Part shown: in pieces, positions 11,548 to 26,500 of the stretch
How positions within the stretch are numbered: position 1 is the first letter of the stretch
Layout: every line of letters begins with the position of its first letter
Assembly: GCF_030684315.1 (NCBI RefSeq)
Contig: NC_081355.1
Location: 123,867,237 to 123,931,236 of the forward strand
DNA length: 64,000 bases
Source of the DNA: Stegostoma tigrinum
Lineage: Eukaryota
Direction: 5' to 3'
Program-made: the position numbers and the translations under genes
Notes under the pieces: generated by a model
The model's database searches: none
Seen by the model: the letters and a program-made list of their open reading frames with translations, nothing else
What the model was told of the DNA's origin: nothing

Positions 11548-14500
11548 GCAGGGCACTCAGTACCTCAGCAGTGACCAAGTGTTGCTTTTTGTCCCAGTCT
11601 GTGTTTATGACATATTTGAGGGGAAGGACCAAAATGAGTAGCTGCTGCCAGTACCGTGGCAGCAATCATTTGTTTTATGACCAGCACTCTATCCATAAGA
11701 CATCGGAACAAAAATTAGGCCATTCGGCCCGTCGCATCTTCTCTGCCATTCAGTCATGGCTGATAAGTTTTTCAACCCTGTTCTCCCACTTTCTCCCCGT
11801 AACCCTTGATCCCCTTGATAAGCAAGAACTTAACTATCTCAGTCTTAAATGTACTCTGACCTGGCCTTCACAGCCTTCTGTGGCAGTGAATTCCATAGAT
11901 TCGCCACTGTATGGCTGAAGAAGTTTCTCTTTATCTCTGTTCTAAAAGCGCTTTCCTTTACTTTAAAGCTGTGTCCTCGGATCCTAGTTTCTCTTACCAA
12001 TGGAAGCATCTTCCCAACGTCTACTCTGTCCAGGCCATTCACTATTCTGTAAGTTTCAATTAGATCTCTTCTTCTTCCCCCCCCACCCCAAAAAAAAACA
12101 CCAATGAGTACAGTCCCAGAGTCCTCAAATATTCCTCATATGTTAAGCTTTCTATTCCTGGGACCATTCTCGTGAACCTCCTCTGAACCTGCTCAAGGGC
12201 CAGTACATCCTTCCTGAGATATTGGGCCCAGAAATGTACACAGTACTCCACATGTGGCATGACCAGAGTCTTACAAAGCCTCAGTAGTACATCCCTGCTT
12301 TTATATTCAAGTCGTCTCAAAATAAATGCCAACCTTGCATTTGCCTTCCTGACTACTGATTCAACCTGTAAGTTTACCTTGAGAGAATCGTGGACTAGAA
12401 CTCCCAAGTCTCTTTGCACTTCAGACTTCTGAATTTTTTCCCCGTTTAGAAAATGGTCATTGCTTTTATTCTACTTACCAAAGTGCATGACCTCACACTT
12501 TCCCACATTGTACTCCATTTGCCATTATAAGACAACATGTTGAGCTGTCCTGCCAGCATTCTAAGCAAGTTAGTTCTCAGATATTGAAACTGCCCAACAA
12601 GACATGGACATTTGCGTTTGGGCTGAGAAGTGACATTTCATCCAAGTTCTAGGCAATATAACTATTTTCCTTTGCATTCAATTACATCACTAAATTCCCC
12701 ATTAACAATATCTTAGGATTAGAAATTGGACCAGCTGCGTATGTGATTAAGTCGTCTTTATTCCTGCATTGAACTGGTGGTAGGAGCTCCATGCTTTGAC
12801 TGTCTTCCATAGGTGCATCTAGGAATTTTGAATTCAATGTTTATGTAATTGAACCTTTTGATTTTTTAGCTATTAGGACAAATGCTCCACCCCCATTGGT
12901 GGACAAACACAAGCCATTGTTCCAATAATTGAATCTTACATTTGACTGGAGTACATAAGATCTAACTAATTCTGTACAGAGCAAATGAGAGCAGTTTTGG
13001 TATTTCAAGTATGCTTTGAAAGAGAGAGACAAATTTTACTTGTAGAGCACAAAATGCTGGAGAAACCCAGCCAGCCTGATCTGCAAAGACAAGTGGTGTT
13101 AACATTTCAAGTCCAATATGAATCTCTTCAGAACTGACGAGAAAGATGGATAAGTGATGTGTCTCTCTTTTTCTCACTTTCTCTCCGCTTTCTCTCTCTC
13201 TTTCCACACCCCCCACCCCCCCACACACACTCTCACTCACTCAACTTGCGCGCTTGCGCTCTCGTCACACTGTGGCTCTGGTCCTTTCGTGTTTGTGCTC
13301 TCACTCCCTTTCAGCATATCCCCAGATTGCTTGAGAGGACAGAATGTATTCCGTGCTGCATCATCCACAACACTGGAGTAGACGGTTTCAAGGTTCATAG
13401 TCATTTGAGGGCACAAAAATTTCAACTCAGCCATAAATGGTTGGCCCGTTACCCTGACACTCTAAACCTGTGTTCTTCATTGCCCAGGCAGGGCAAACAT
13501 CCTCTTAAGTTTACCCTGCACCATCTGCCCCATCACAATCTTGTATGCATTTTAATGAGATCACCTATCATTCATTAAAACATCGGAGCACAGGCCCAAT
13601 TTATTCATTCTCATTTATTCAGCTTCTCATGCCGGGAGTCAATCTATTCAATATTCAGTGTCCTGCCTCCAGTGCAAATACAGCAAACGTTTTACTAACT
13701 GACACCTGTGGGATCAGGAGTGTGTGTACAGTTGATCAATATTCCGGATAATCAAGTGGTCCACGTTAATCCACGTAAAAACACACATTAAGTATTCGAA
13801 ACATAATGCAGGTGTATACAGTATCACTGTTATACTTTATTTACAACATAAATAATGCAACTTTGGCTTAAACGAAACTTACTGGAAGAGAGTCTTCTCA
13901 CTTAAATACTCAACTGACTATGTATATATCGCAGTAGATTGCGATATTTGAGGAGAAATTGACTCAATTTTGAGTCAATGGTTGATATTATGTTTGGCTG
14001 CTCAATTGAACAACAAATGCACTTAAATTGAGGAAAATAAATTTTAAAAACCAGAGAATAATGTAGCAAATTTCATGATATTTGAGGTGTATAATTTTTG
14101 CCGGTTTACCGAGAATGCTAGTTCATCAGGTGCCAGTTAAAACAAAGTTTGCTACTTATCCTTTAAGTATAGAAACCAGAATGACAGAATGCGTCAGGTT
14201 TGTTTTCACCAATACTGATGCAACTGTGGCAGGGCTTGAATTCTGACAAAGAGTCACCACACTTGAAATTGTATCAGTGATAATGGGAACTGCAGATGCT
14301 GGAGAATCCAAGATAACAAAGTGTGGAGCTGGATGAACACAGCAGGCCAAGCAGCATCTCAGGAGCACAAAAGCTGACGTTTTGGGCCTAGACCCTTCAT
14401 CAGAGAGGGGGATGAGGAGAGGGAACTGGAATAAATAGGGAGAGAGCAGGAGGCGGAACGAAGATGGAGAGAAAAGAAGGTAGGTGGAGAAGAGAATATA

Positions 14501-17500
14501 GGTGGGTAGGTAGGGAGGGGATAGGTCAGTCCGGGGAAGACTGACAGGTCAAGGAGGTGGGATGAGGTTAGTAGGTAGGAAATGGAGCTGCAGCTTGAGG
14601 TGAGAGGAAGGGATGGGTGAGAGGAAGAACAGGTTAGGGAGGCAGAGACAGGCTGGGCTGGTTTTGGGATGCAGTGGGAGGAGCGGAAGAGCTGGGCTGG
14701 TTGTGAGATGCAGTGGGGGGAGGGGAAGAACTGGGTTGGTTTTGGGATGCAGTGGTGGAAGGGGAGATTTTGAAGCTTGTGAAGTCCACATTGATACCAT
14801 TGGGCTGCAAGGTTCCCAAGTGCAATATGAGTTGCTGTTCTTGCAACCTTCATTGTGGTACTGCACGAGGCCCATGATGGACATGTCGTCTGAGGAATGG
14901 GAGGGGGAGTTAAAATGGTTCGCAACTGGGAGGTGCAGTTGTTTGTTGCGAACCGAGCGGAGGTGTTCTGCAAAGCGGTCCCCAAGCCTCCGCTTGGTTT
15001 CCCCCATGTAGAGGAAGCCACACTGGTACAATGGATACAATATACCACATTGGCAGATGTGGAGGTGAACATCTGCTTGACATGGAAGGTCATCTTGCGG
15101 CCTGGGATGGGGGTGAGGTAGGAGGTGTGGGGGCAGGTGTAGCACTTCTTGCGGTTGCGGGGAAGGTGCCGGGTGTGGTGGGGTTGGAGGGGAGTGTGGA
15201 GCGGACAAGGGAGTTGTGGAGAGAGTGGCCTCTCCAGAAAGCGGACAAGGGTGGGGATGGAAAAATGTCTTGGGTGGTGGGGTCAGATTGTAGATGGCGG
15301 AAGTGTCGGAGGATGATGCATTGTATCCGGAGGTTGGTGGGGTGGTATGTGTGAATGAGGGGGATCCTCTGGGGGCGGTTGTGGCAGGGGCGGGGTGTGA
15401 GGGATGTGCTGCGGGAGACGCGGTCAAGGGCGTTCTCGACCACTGCGGGGGGGAAAGTTGCGGTCCTTGAAGAACGTGGACATCTGGGATGTGCGGGAGT
15501 GAAATGCCTCATTCTGGGAGCAGATGCGGCGGAGGCAGAGGAATTGGGAATAGGGGATGGAATTTTTGCAGGAGGATGGGTGGGAGGAGGTGTATTCTAG
15601 GTAGCCGTGGGAGTCAGTGGGCTTGAAATGGACATCAGTTTCTAGCTGGTTACCGGAGATGGAGACTGAGAGGTCCAGGAAGGTGAGATATGTGTTGGAG
15701 ATGGCCCAGGTGAACTTGAGGTTGGGGTGGAAGGTGATGGTGAAGTGGATGAACTGTTCGAGCTCCTCTGGGTGAAGTGGATGAACTGTTACCTGCATGG
15801 GCCCAAGCTATGCCTGTCTCTTTGTAGGTTAGGTGGAACAGTCCCTCTTCCGCACCTGCACAGGCTCCAAACCCCAACTCTTCCTCCGTTACATTGATGA
15901 CTGTATCGGCACTGCCACTTGCTCCCCAGAGGAGCTCGAACAGTTCCCTGTCCCCTCCCTACCTCCTCACCTGTACTCTCCTCTCTACTTATCATCTTTT
16001 CTCTCCATCTTCGGTCCGCCTCCCCCTCTCTCCCTATTTATTCCAGTTCCCTCTCCCCATCCCCTCTCTGATGAAGGGCCTAGGCCCTTCATCAGTCAGC
16101 TTTTGTGCTCCTGAGATACTGCTTGGCTTGCTGTGTTCATCCCGCTCCACACTTTGTTACCACACTTGAAATGTTGATTCTGCTTCCTGTCCACAGGTGC
16201 TAAGGGGAGGCGATGGCCCAGTGATATTATTGCTGCACTGATAACCAGAGACCCAGACAATGTTCTGGGCACCCAGGTTTGAATCCTCCATGGCAAATGG
16301 TGAAATTTCAATTCCATAAATATCTGGAATTAAGGGTCTAATGATGATCACGAATCCATTGTCAATGATTTAAAAAAAACCATCTAGTTCACTCATGTCC
16401 TTTAGGTAAGCAAACTGCCATCCTTACCTGATCTGGCCTATGTGTGACTCCAGATCCAGAGAGGTGTGGTTCGGCAATTAGGGATGGGAATAAATGCTGC
16501 CTCACCAACTATGCCCTCATCCTGTGAATGAATAAGAAAAATGCTGCCAAAAATGGGTTTTCTCCAGCTGCTCTGATTTCCTCCCACAGTCCAGAAGTAT
16601 GCAGGCTAAGCGGTTTGGCAATGCTAAATTGCCTGTAGTGTCCAGGGATGTGCAGATTAGATCGGTTATTGGGGGATGTCTGGGTGGGATGTGCTGTGGG
16701 TCAGTGTGAGCTTGTTGGGCTGAAGGACCTGTTTTCACACTATAGGGATTCTATGATTCTATGTTTCTAATTTATAACTGCTGAGTTTCTCCAGCATTTC
16801 CCATTTATGTTTGTAGTCAGACTTATTATACTCTGGGTGGCTTAGAATAAATGCTTTAGTGTGTCATCATATCACTATTTTTGTTACAATTATGAAGAAA
16901 AAATGTTCCTGTTAAATCCTAGCAATTATATTAATAAAATTACTTTTTATTTAAAAAAAACAGGGAAAAGGTTAACTTTTGAAAGCTTTGTTTTTGAAGC
17001 CTTTGTAAAATCTTGAGTTTGGCTTGTCTTGTGATTGACAATTCCTTTAATATTTTCAGTTTGCTACTACGGTTCACAGATGATACCTTTGACCCAGAAC
17101 TTGCTGCAACAATTGGTAAGTTTCACCCTTAGTTGATTAATGATGATACTGTTTTTTGTGAATTAAAGTTTCGAAATCATTTTGTATGGAGAAAGTATTT
17201 GAGGTCTTATAGAAAGCCAGTGCTGTTTAATGAATTTGCTCAGATCATCTTTAACTTATTGGTAAAATGTGAATGAATCCATCTTGTAATTAAGATGATA
17301 GCTGCAAGGCATATAGCATTTTATTGTATAATTATTTCCAATTTCTTGCTGTTTCTGTCACACTGATCTAGCTGCAGTCAGTACTGAAGGAATGAAATAC
17401 TTCTCCACTTTCAGCGCACCGTGAAAGTTCTAGAGCTTAAAGAGAGTTCAGAATAATGCTCCAACTATATACGAGACTGAAGAAAACACTCTCCCTTGAG

Positions 17501-20500
17501 TATATTTCCTGAACTGGCCTTTTTTTAGAATTTCACTGATGCCAAGGAAAAATATTCAGTTAATGATTAGCCTGGTCATGTGGACAACAGACCACTGAAA
17601 ACTGTATTGATGGTTGAAATATATAATAGAATTCTACAGCATAGAAGAAGGCCATTCAGCACATGTGCCTGTGCCAGTTTATGAACTATTCCATTTGAGT
17701 TTCTTTGCTTTTAACAAAAAAAGATCCCTATTTCTCCAACCTGTCAACCTGAAGGCCCTCGTCCCTGGTGCTGCTTTTAACCCTCTAAGTCCTAGATGTT
17801 TTTCCCAAAAGTATGCTGTTCAGAATTACGCATGATACTACAGCTGAGGCATAATGTATAAATGGCTAGCATAGCTTTGTTACATTTTTATTCTTTGCCT
17901 CAAACTTTATTTTCACAAAGGAGAAAGAGTGGCATATTAATTTACTGGATAATTCAGTTTTCTAACTTCTGCGGTACTAATCTTGGCTTAAAATCATCAT
18001 CAATCTGCTAGGCTGAAGTTCTCCCATGAGCTTCACCCGTCACAGCTTTTGATTCAGAGATAATGGGAACTGCAGATGCTGGACAATCGGAGATAACAAA
18101 ATGTGGAGCTGGATGAGCACAGCAGGCCAAGCAACGTCTTAAGAGCACAAAAGCTGACGTTTTGGGCCCAGACCCTTCATCAGAAAAAGCACTTCAACAG
18201 TGGTGACAGATTGGAAACTTCTGGATTTGTACCTTGCTATCATGTTGCAGTATTATTTGGTCAAGTGGTATTGGTATGGATAGGATTTGAGAAGTATGCA
18301 GGATGAATCGAAAGCTGTGATAACAAAGTGTGGAGCTGGATGAACACAGCAGGCCAAGTATCACCTTAGGAGCACAAAAGCTGACATTTCGGGCCTAGAC
18401 CCTTCCTTTTCCTATACCGTCTCACTCTTAAAAAGAGTGTACAGTCTATTTTCAGTTACGCTGCACGTTGCTACATCTCTCATCTTCAAAACCTACAATT
18501 TCACGTTGATCTTCCCTCCCCTCCTCTCAGTTCCCGTTTAGCATCCTTTTTCTTCCCTTATCTGTTTTGTAAATCTCCTTTTGTGAAACACTTAAGTTCA
18601 TGTTATTGTCATATGGAGTCACATTTACTCTCCTTTGAAAATGAGCTAAGTGCCTTGAAACTAACAGCTCAGCTCATACCAAGGCGGGTAGGTGAATCAA
18701 TGAACTTCTAAGTGCAACAGATCTATTGCAACCCTATCTGCAACTTTGACCCAGACTGAAGGAATTAATTTCCCTCTGTAGACATAGTAGGTGAAAAAGT
18801 CTGCAGCTTCATCCCACCTCTGAGCATAGAGTTTGAGGTTTACTTTAAATAACTTTGGCAATGAAAGACAAACTGTCAACCTCATTCAGACAATTGCTGA
18901 TATGCTAAGCCAAAAAATATAGTTATACAGTTGAAAGAGTCTTCTAATTTGTATTTGAAATGCATCAAGCAGAATCAGTTATTTTAACCTTTCTTATCTA
19001 ACCTAGGAATGTTTAATATTGAAATGTTCCATCATAGTTCATTTCCAATTACTGGCATCCCAGATTACTTGAGCACAACGATGCAGTGATCTTTATTAAA
19101 TATGATAAATTTACTGAACTGTGTTTAATGCATTTTTAAAAAAATATTTGTTCTAAGGCTCTGGAGAGTCCATGCTAAACAGCCTTAAATTGTCCATTCC
19201 TAGTTTCCCATGTTGCATTTGGAGTTAACCATACTATGTAAGTCTGTAGTCACAGACAGTATTATGTTTCTTTCTACATGTGAATCTATTGTAAACTTTC
19301 AAGGAAGAGATGGATAGAGCTCTTAAGGATAGTGGAATCAAGGGTTATGGGGATAAAGCAGGAACAGGATACTGATTGTGGATGATCAGCCATGATCATA
19401 ATGAATGGTAGTGCTGGCTCGAAGGGTCGAATGGCTTACTCCTCCACCTATTGTCTATTATTATAATCTGTCAATTTTCATGACATTTTTCTATTCACCA
19501 TCCTATTCCTCAAATTACCACGTTTATTGAAATTAATTTCACAAATTGCCATGGTGGAAGAACATTCATGACCTATAGGTAGTTAATTTGGAATCATAAA
19601 TACCATGTTGCTGCATCTAGCCAATAATGTAATTATCTGAAGAACTTTTTTAAAAACTGGCTGTGTTACTGAAATGCTTGAGGACTTGTCATTGTTCTCA
19701 TCCAGTTCTTTCGGCAGGCAGAATGTGTTTTACTAATCAGTTTTGTATTCAAAGCATTGAATATCAGTTTTCATAGTTTGTGGAGATGATCCAATTGCAA
19801 ATACACAGCTTTGAGAAGGAAATAATTTATGAAGAGAAATTTGTCAATTAATTTCTTGTGACTTTTTTTTAAATTTTGAGAAAAATGTCATTGTTATTTT
19901 AGTTCTTTCAGTGAATTTGGGCATTGCTGGCCAGGCCAGCATTTATTATTGATGCTAAATGCTCACAGTGCAATTAAGAGTTGACCACATTGCAGTGGAA
20001 CAGGAGTCGTACCTGGGCCACAGAAGAATGGTAGATTTCCTTCCTTCAAGGACAAATGTATTCTTGTACAGTCGACTGTGGTGATTGCCATTAGACTGCA
20101 TTTTTTATTGGATTCAAACTTGCTACCGTGGGATTCAAGCCCCAGAATTCATGCCAATGTTTTGAACTTAGGATTATTAGACCAGTGATATTACCACTAT
20201 GTCAACCCTCCCCTAACTTTTAGTGCAACTTTCTTTTGAGGGCTATAATACTGTAGCTCGCATTTGAGTAGTAAATAGTCTTTAATGACAGATGAATCAG
20301 TGAATAGAAAACGTTTTGCTTTGTCAGATGTACCTTGTGCAGTTTCTTAACTATTCTTAGGCGATACGTTCCATCCCAAAAGCTTTGTGTTTACAAAGAA
20401 TTACATAGAATATACATCATGAAAACAGGCTTCTTGGCGCAATTCTATTCTGCATTTAAACCCCTGGTGAATCACTGCCCATTTCTGGCCTCCCAGCATA

Positions 20501-23500
20501 TCTAGCTATTCCCTTTTTTATTGTCATTTGGTTTCCTTTCTAAAATATCTAAACTATTTGCATCAAGTACTTCCTGTGATGATAGGTTAGAATTTGGAGC
20601 CTTTCTCAGAGTAAATAATTTGTTCCTTATTTTTCAGTTTCATTTATTAGCAACTATATTGTATTTATGGTTCCTAGTTATGATTCTGCAATAAATGGAA
20701 ACATTTGCTCCACGTGCACCCTATCCAAACCATTTATGACCCTATTATGTCATATTTAAATCTTCTCTTCACAAAAGGAAACAATCCAACTTTTCTGGAT
20801 AACAATAGACACGCAATTCTGGTATCATCTTTGTAGATGTTTTCTGCATTAACTCCTGCTGTTTTATGCCGTGTTTATAGTGTAGAGTCCAGAATATGCA
20901 TTGTACTTGAAGTGCAGTCTGACCAGAGTTCTTTATAACTTTGACATCATAGTTTTTGCTTAAACAGGCTAGGGATTTTTTCTAACATTACTGATTACTT
21001 AATTTGTATATCTACACCCCGAGTCCCTTTACCCTTCTACTCCATTCAACTTTTTAATTGCTAAATTGTAGATAATGTTTCTGTTATTCCCGCCAGAGCT
21101 CATGACTTTAATTTATCTGCGTTAAATTTGATTTGCTACTTAACTGCGCAGTCTGTGTATTTTCTTATGTTATTTTATACTCCCCAGTGCTATCATCTGC
21201 AAATTTTGATATCGAGCTACTTGTTAAGAATTCAAAATCGTGGATGTAAACTTGTGCACAGCCATTTCTATTTATTTATTTGTTCTATTAATTCACATGG
21301 TGGAATTTGAGTCCTTGATCCAAAAGCATTAACCTAGACCTCTGGATTACTAATCCAGTCACGTCACAATGTTACACTTCCCCCTGTAGTAGATTTCTAG
21401 GTTGAACTTTATTTTTAAAACAATGCATTTGGAAATTGAGCTAAACCGAAAGGTCTGCCCACTTGGATTGTAACAGACCCAAGAGTAGTTGAGATGACCA
21501 TTAAGCACAATTTTCAACTCTGAATGAATTACTGACTGCTGTGAATCAGATTATTGTTGTACAGATGATTTTCACATTTGCCCTTGACAATTAATTGCAT
21601 TGTTTTACATTGAATTAGTGTAACGCCTAGGCTGTCATGGTGCCCTGATGTGGGCATGCATGTCTTTAGTTACTAACTATGCAGTCAAAAATAACTATTA
21701 AGTCTTGGCTTCTTCTGCTTTGCGCGTTTTTATTTCCATGAGCATCTGATTGGACTCATTGTAGCCTTCTCAAAAAGACTTATTGACGGGCAATAAATGA
21801 TGATGTTGCCAGTGAATCCACATCTATGAAAAAATTCAGAGAACTATTCAATTTTTTTAAATTCCTTCAGCCTTCATGGAGATATTGCTTTTTCTCCCAT
21901 TATGATTAACATTTATTTTGTTATTTATAAGATCATTTATTAATTCTCTTAATTGTCTTTGCTAGCCTTCCTCTCCTTTGTCAATCTTTCAGATTCATTT
22001 TTTTGTTTCTCTCTAAAACTTTACTTGATTTTGTCATTATTAAATTTATTATCAAATTTGGTATACGCTTAGAAGTGTCAATTTTTGTTCATAAGGACCT
22101 TCAGATTTTCGAGGCAAGTTTGCTGTTGGTCCATGTACATGTGGCCTGACATTTGTTCATGCGATGTGGGCATTGCTGTCTAGGTCAGCATTTATTACCC
22201 AAGGGACAGTTAAGAATCATTCCCATTGCTGTGAGTCTGGAGTTATGTATGGGCCATACCAGGAAATCTAACATTCTTACCTTCCCGAAAGATCATAGTA
22301 AGCCAGGTTACTTACTGTGACCTAATTCTTCAATAACTTGAAGCTCAGTTTTAATTCTTTCCATCTCTAAACTTCAAAGGCAATTTTTGTTCCCACTACT
22401 TGTACTTTTCTGGCATCCAAATCTGCATCTTGAGTTTATGATAATGAGGTGATCTTGGAGCATGAATGCCTGTTCATTTGTATCTGAAAAATCTGTTTCC
22501 GATAATTTGGATGCAAAATTGTTCTCAAACCTGAAAAAATTCCTCTCTACAATCTGAGACTTGGGACTCTGCTCCCCCATGCAACTGGATCCTCAACTTC
22601 TCTGACCAATAGACCACCATCAGTAAGCATAGGCACCAGCACTTACTCCACAATAATCCTCAACACTGGTGCCCCTCAAGGCTGCATATTCAGCCCCTTA
22701 CTATACTCCTTTTACACTCACGATGGTATTGCTAAATTTAGCTCTAACTCCATTTACAAATTTGTTGATGACACCACCACACTGGTTCGGATCTTAAGCA
22801 TCGATGAGTGAGACTGCAGGGAAGAGGCATAGCGTAAAGACAATAATCGCTCCCTGAATGTGAGCTAAACAAAGAAGCTGGTCATCGACTTCAGGAAGTG
22901 GAGTGGAAGACATGGTCCCATCTATATATTTGCAATAGTGCTGAGGTGGGGGTGGTGGAGAATTTCGAGTTCCAAGGAGTAAATATCACCAACAATCTGT
23001 CCTGGTCCAAACACCTTGACACAACAGTCCAGAAAGTACAACAACACCTGTACTTCCTCAAATGCTAAAGAAATTCGGCATATCCACAATGACTCTTACC
23101 AATTTTTACAGAAGTGCCATAGAAATCATCCTATCCAGATGCATGACTGCTTGGTATGGAAACTGCTGTGCCCACGAGACCACAAGAAATTAGAGTTATG
23201 AATGCCCAATCGGTCGAGCAACCCAACTATTGACTCTCAATACTTCCCACTGCTTTGGGAAAGCAGCCAACATAATTGAAGACCCTTCTTACCCTGGTTA
23301 TACTCTCTTTCACCCTCTTCCATTGAGTAGAAGATACAGAAGTTTGAAAATATGTACCAATTGATTGAAAAACAGCTTCTTCCCTGCTGTTATTAGATTT
23401 TTGAATAGACCTCTCATGAATTAGAGTTCATCTTTCTCTGCAGCTTCTCTGTAGCTATAGCACTGTGTTCTGCATTCTGTTCTATTGCCATGTTGTACTA

Positions 23501-26500
23501 ACGCAATGTATAATTTGCCTGGATAGCGTGCAAAACTATTTTCCACAAAGTGCAAAGAAAGGGTTTTCTCAGCATCTTGATCCTAAGTATTGAGAAAACT
23601 AAAGCCATTGCCTTTGGTTCCTTGCTATAAACTCCTTTTCCTGTCATAGATTTTGCACCTTTCTCTGCTTGTTTCCACTTTTTTATTATTACTCTATACC
23701 TGTTCTGCCTCCTGCTGTAAAAGCTCTAATCTATACCTCTGAGATAATGGAAACTGCAGATGCTGGAGAATCCGAGATAACAAAGTGTAGAGCTGGCTGA
23801 ACACAGCAGGCCAAGCAGCATCTTAGGAGCACAAAAGCTGATGTTTCGGGCCTAGACCCTTCAGAAAGTCTGATGAGGCCCAAAACATTGACTTTTGTGC
23901 TCCTAAGATGCTGCTTGGCCTTCTGTGTTCGTCCAGCTCTACACTTTGTAACCTATACCTTTACTGCTTGAGGACCTGATTGTTCTAGTGTTGCTGCCTG
24001 TATCCTAACTCCTACCAAGATCAATTTGTTCATGATCCGTATGCTTATAATTTTCCATTGACTAAAGTTTAAATAATGCCCCAATTTTAAAACTCTACTT
24101 CTATACGATTTCATATGTTTGGCTGTAAGACACTGGGATTGATCATGATATATACTGAGTGATACATGATAGATATTAATTTCAGAATTAAGATAAATTA
24201 TTTATACTTTTTTTTGCAGGTGTTGACTTCAAAGTGAAAACGATTGCAGTTGATGGAAATAAAGCAAAACTTGCAATATGGGTGAGTCAAAACAAATTAA
24301 AAAGAGATGCCTTCAGTTAGCACTTTGACTACACATTAACCCAGTTTGAAGTTCTGAAGGAGGAATCTCAGTCCTGGATTAAAATTATGCCATATAATTG
24401 TATAGACTTGTCCATAAAGGCAGCAGCATTGCTGCAAATTAATTTTCAGTGCCAACAGTTCTGTCCTAAAAATGCTGCAGTTCCTGGTTTCAGTCTGTTT
24501 GTTAATGCGATGAATGTATTCTGGTAACTTTATTTTCTTTTTAAGCTGCTTGACTTCTAACAAATCAATTATGCAATATTTGTAATTCATTTAACACAGT
24601 CCTATTTTGTTCGTTATTTATCTTCAGTTGATTCAAGGCAGTGCTTTGAAATTTCGCTTACTACTGTACCTGCTTCAAAAAGCAACACTAGCGGCAGCGT
24701 TTTCCGTTTCTTTCTGATTTGACTTTAAACATAGTTTAGGCTTAACATAGTGAGAGATTTATGCATACAGTGACTACTTGCAGCAACATTATAATGACAA
24801 AGTGCTAGAGAAACTTGCATCTGGCCGTATCTTTGGAGAGAGAAATAGAGGTAATGTTTTGAGAGCAATGAATTTTTCGCAATGGTTTGGTCTGTCGGAC
24901 TCGAAGAATCGTATCAGACTGGGGATATTAATACTGTGTCTTGCTGCACAGATCTTGCCAGGCCTGCTCAGTTTCTCGTGCACTTTCTATTTTTTATTTC
25001 AGATCTTCAGCATTCACAGTACTTCATTTATTATTATGAAAATAAAAACATACTATGGTAGAACTAAAGCAACATGAGAAACTACAAGTGAAAATATCTA
25101 ATGTCTTTTATTATCAAGCAGGACAGTTAGAGTATAGCCACCAAAGGTGCATCATTGAATGGGTTAAAAATATAGGCAGGTACAATTTCAGAATGCGAAA
25201 GGCATCCAGCACTCCAGATCTAAGTATTATGTCAACTCTGGAACTCATCACACTCTTGTCTGTTGTAAATGTTCTATTTAATTTGAAAAGAAAGCGTGAA
25301 CTTCCAATGCATCTATAGATAGAAGTGCAACTCTGCCAAGATAGGCCAAGGAGAGAGAAATTTCAGAAAGTATTAGCTGACGTCTTAGCTGAAAAATCCA
25401 TTCCAAATGAGCCTTGGACACCAGAAGGTGAGTGCATATCTCTTCAAAATGATGTTGTACAATTGCAAGGGATGTCTCTGGTATAAAGAAAAGAAATAAT
25501 GGTGATGTGTTCAAAGCTCATGAAGCTGAATTAGTTCCCATGATGAAGGGAAATATTTTGTGAAACTCCCCAAAAGTGATACTTAGCTAGTTTTTGGCAG
25601 CATTCAGCTCTGTGTTCTCTGTTGTGGTTCAGTTGGTGGCTCTTTTCCCACTAGGTCAGAAGAACTGTCAAACGGAGGTATAAATTGCTAGAGAGAGGAA
25701 ACCAAAGTAATGCCGGAGTCAGTCATATAGTGGGAAACATAATTACAGTTCTGAACCAGGACTTAAATGCAACATGCAACTGATATTACATTCAGCTGAA
25801 ATGGAGAAATAGTGGTATTGTCACTGGATGAGTAATCCAAAGGCCCTATTCTGGGAGAATGCTTTCAGACCGGTGGAACCTGAATTAAGTTATAACTCTG
25901 GAATTGAAATCTAGAGTCAGTGATCATGGCAAGACAGTTATCTATTGTTGTAAGACTCGTTTGGTTGACTAATTCCTTTTTAGGGAAGGAAACCTGCCAT
26001 TCTTACTTGGACTAGCCTTCATGTGACTCTAGAACCGTAGCAATGTGATTGACTCTTGACTGCTTTCTGAAAGGGGCTAACAAGTTCAAAAGCTGCCTTT
26101 TCTGGTGATGCTCACATGCCATGAAAGACTGGAGAATTACACACACACTTGTTGGAGATACTGCCCTCCAAGTCAGACTTTAAATCAGAATCCCAGTTGA
26201 CCCTCCACTTGACATAAAAGGTAAAATGGCACTGTTTCAAGGAAAGCAGGTGAGGTATTTTAGTGTCCAGGCCAATTTTTAACCCTGAATCAGATCACAA
26301 GAGCCGATGATCTGATTGTTAGTACATTGCTTCTTGTAGAAGCTTGCTGTGTGCAAATCTTTTGCGTTGCTGCAGTAACCACGCACTTGGAAATACTTTA
26401 TTGGCTGTGAAACTACTGGGACTTGCTGCCATTATGAAAGGTGGTGTGTAAAATCAACTCTTTTTTTTTTGTTTTTATGTAGATTTGGTTAACTTTTGAA

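Noticed and set aside
11370-11918. 182-aa ORF with poly-Pro/Lys
   Set aside because: It is an antisense read of Tx1 and CR1 relics across a C/A homopolymer.
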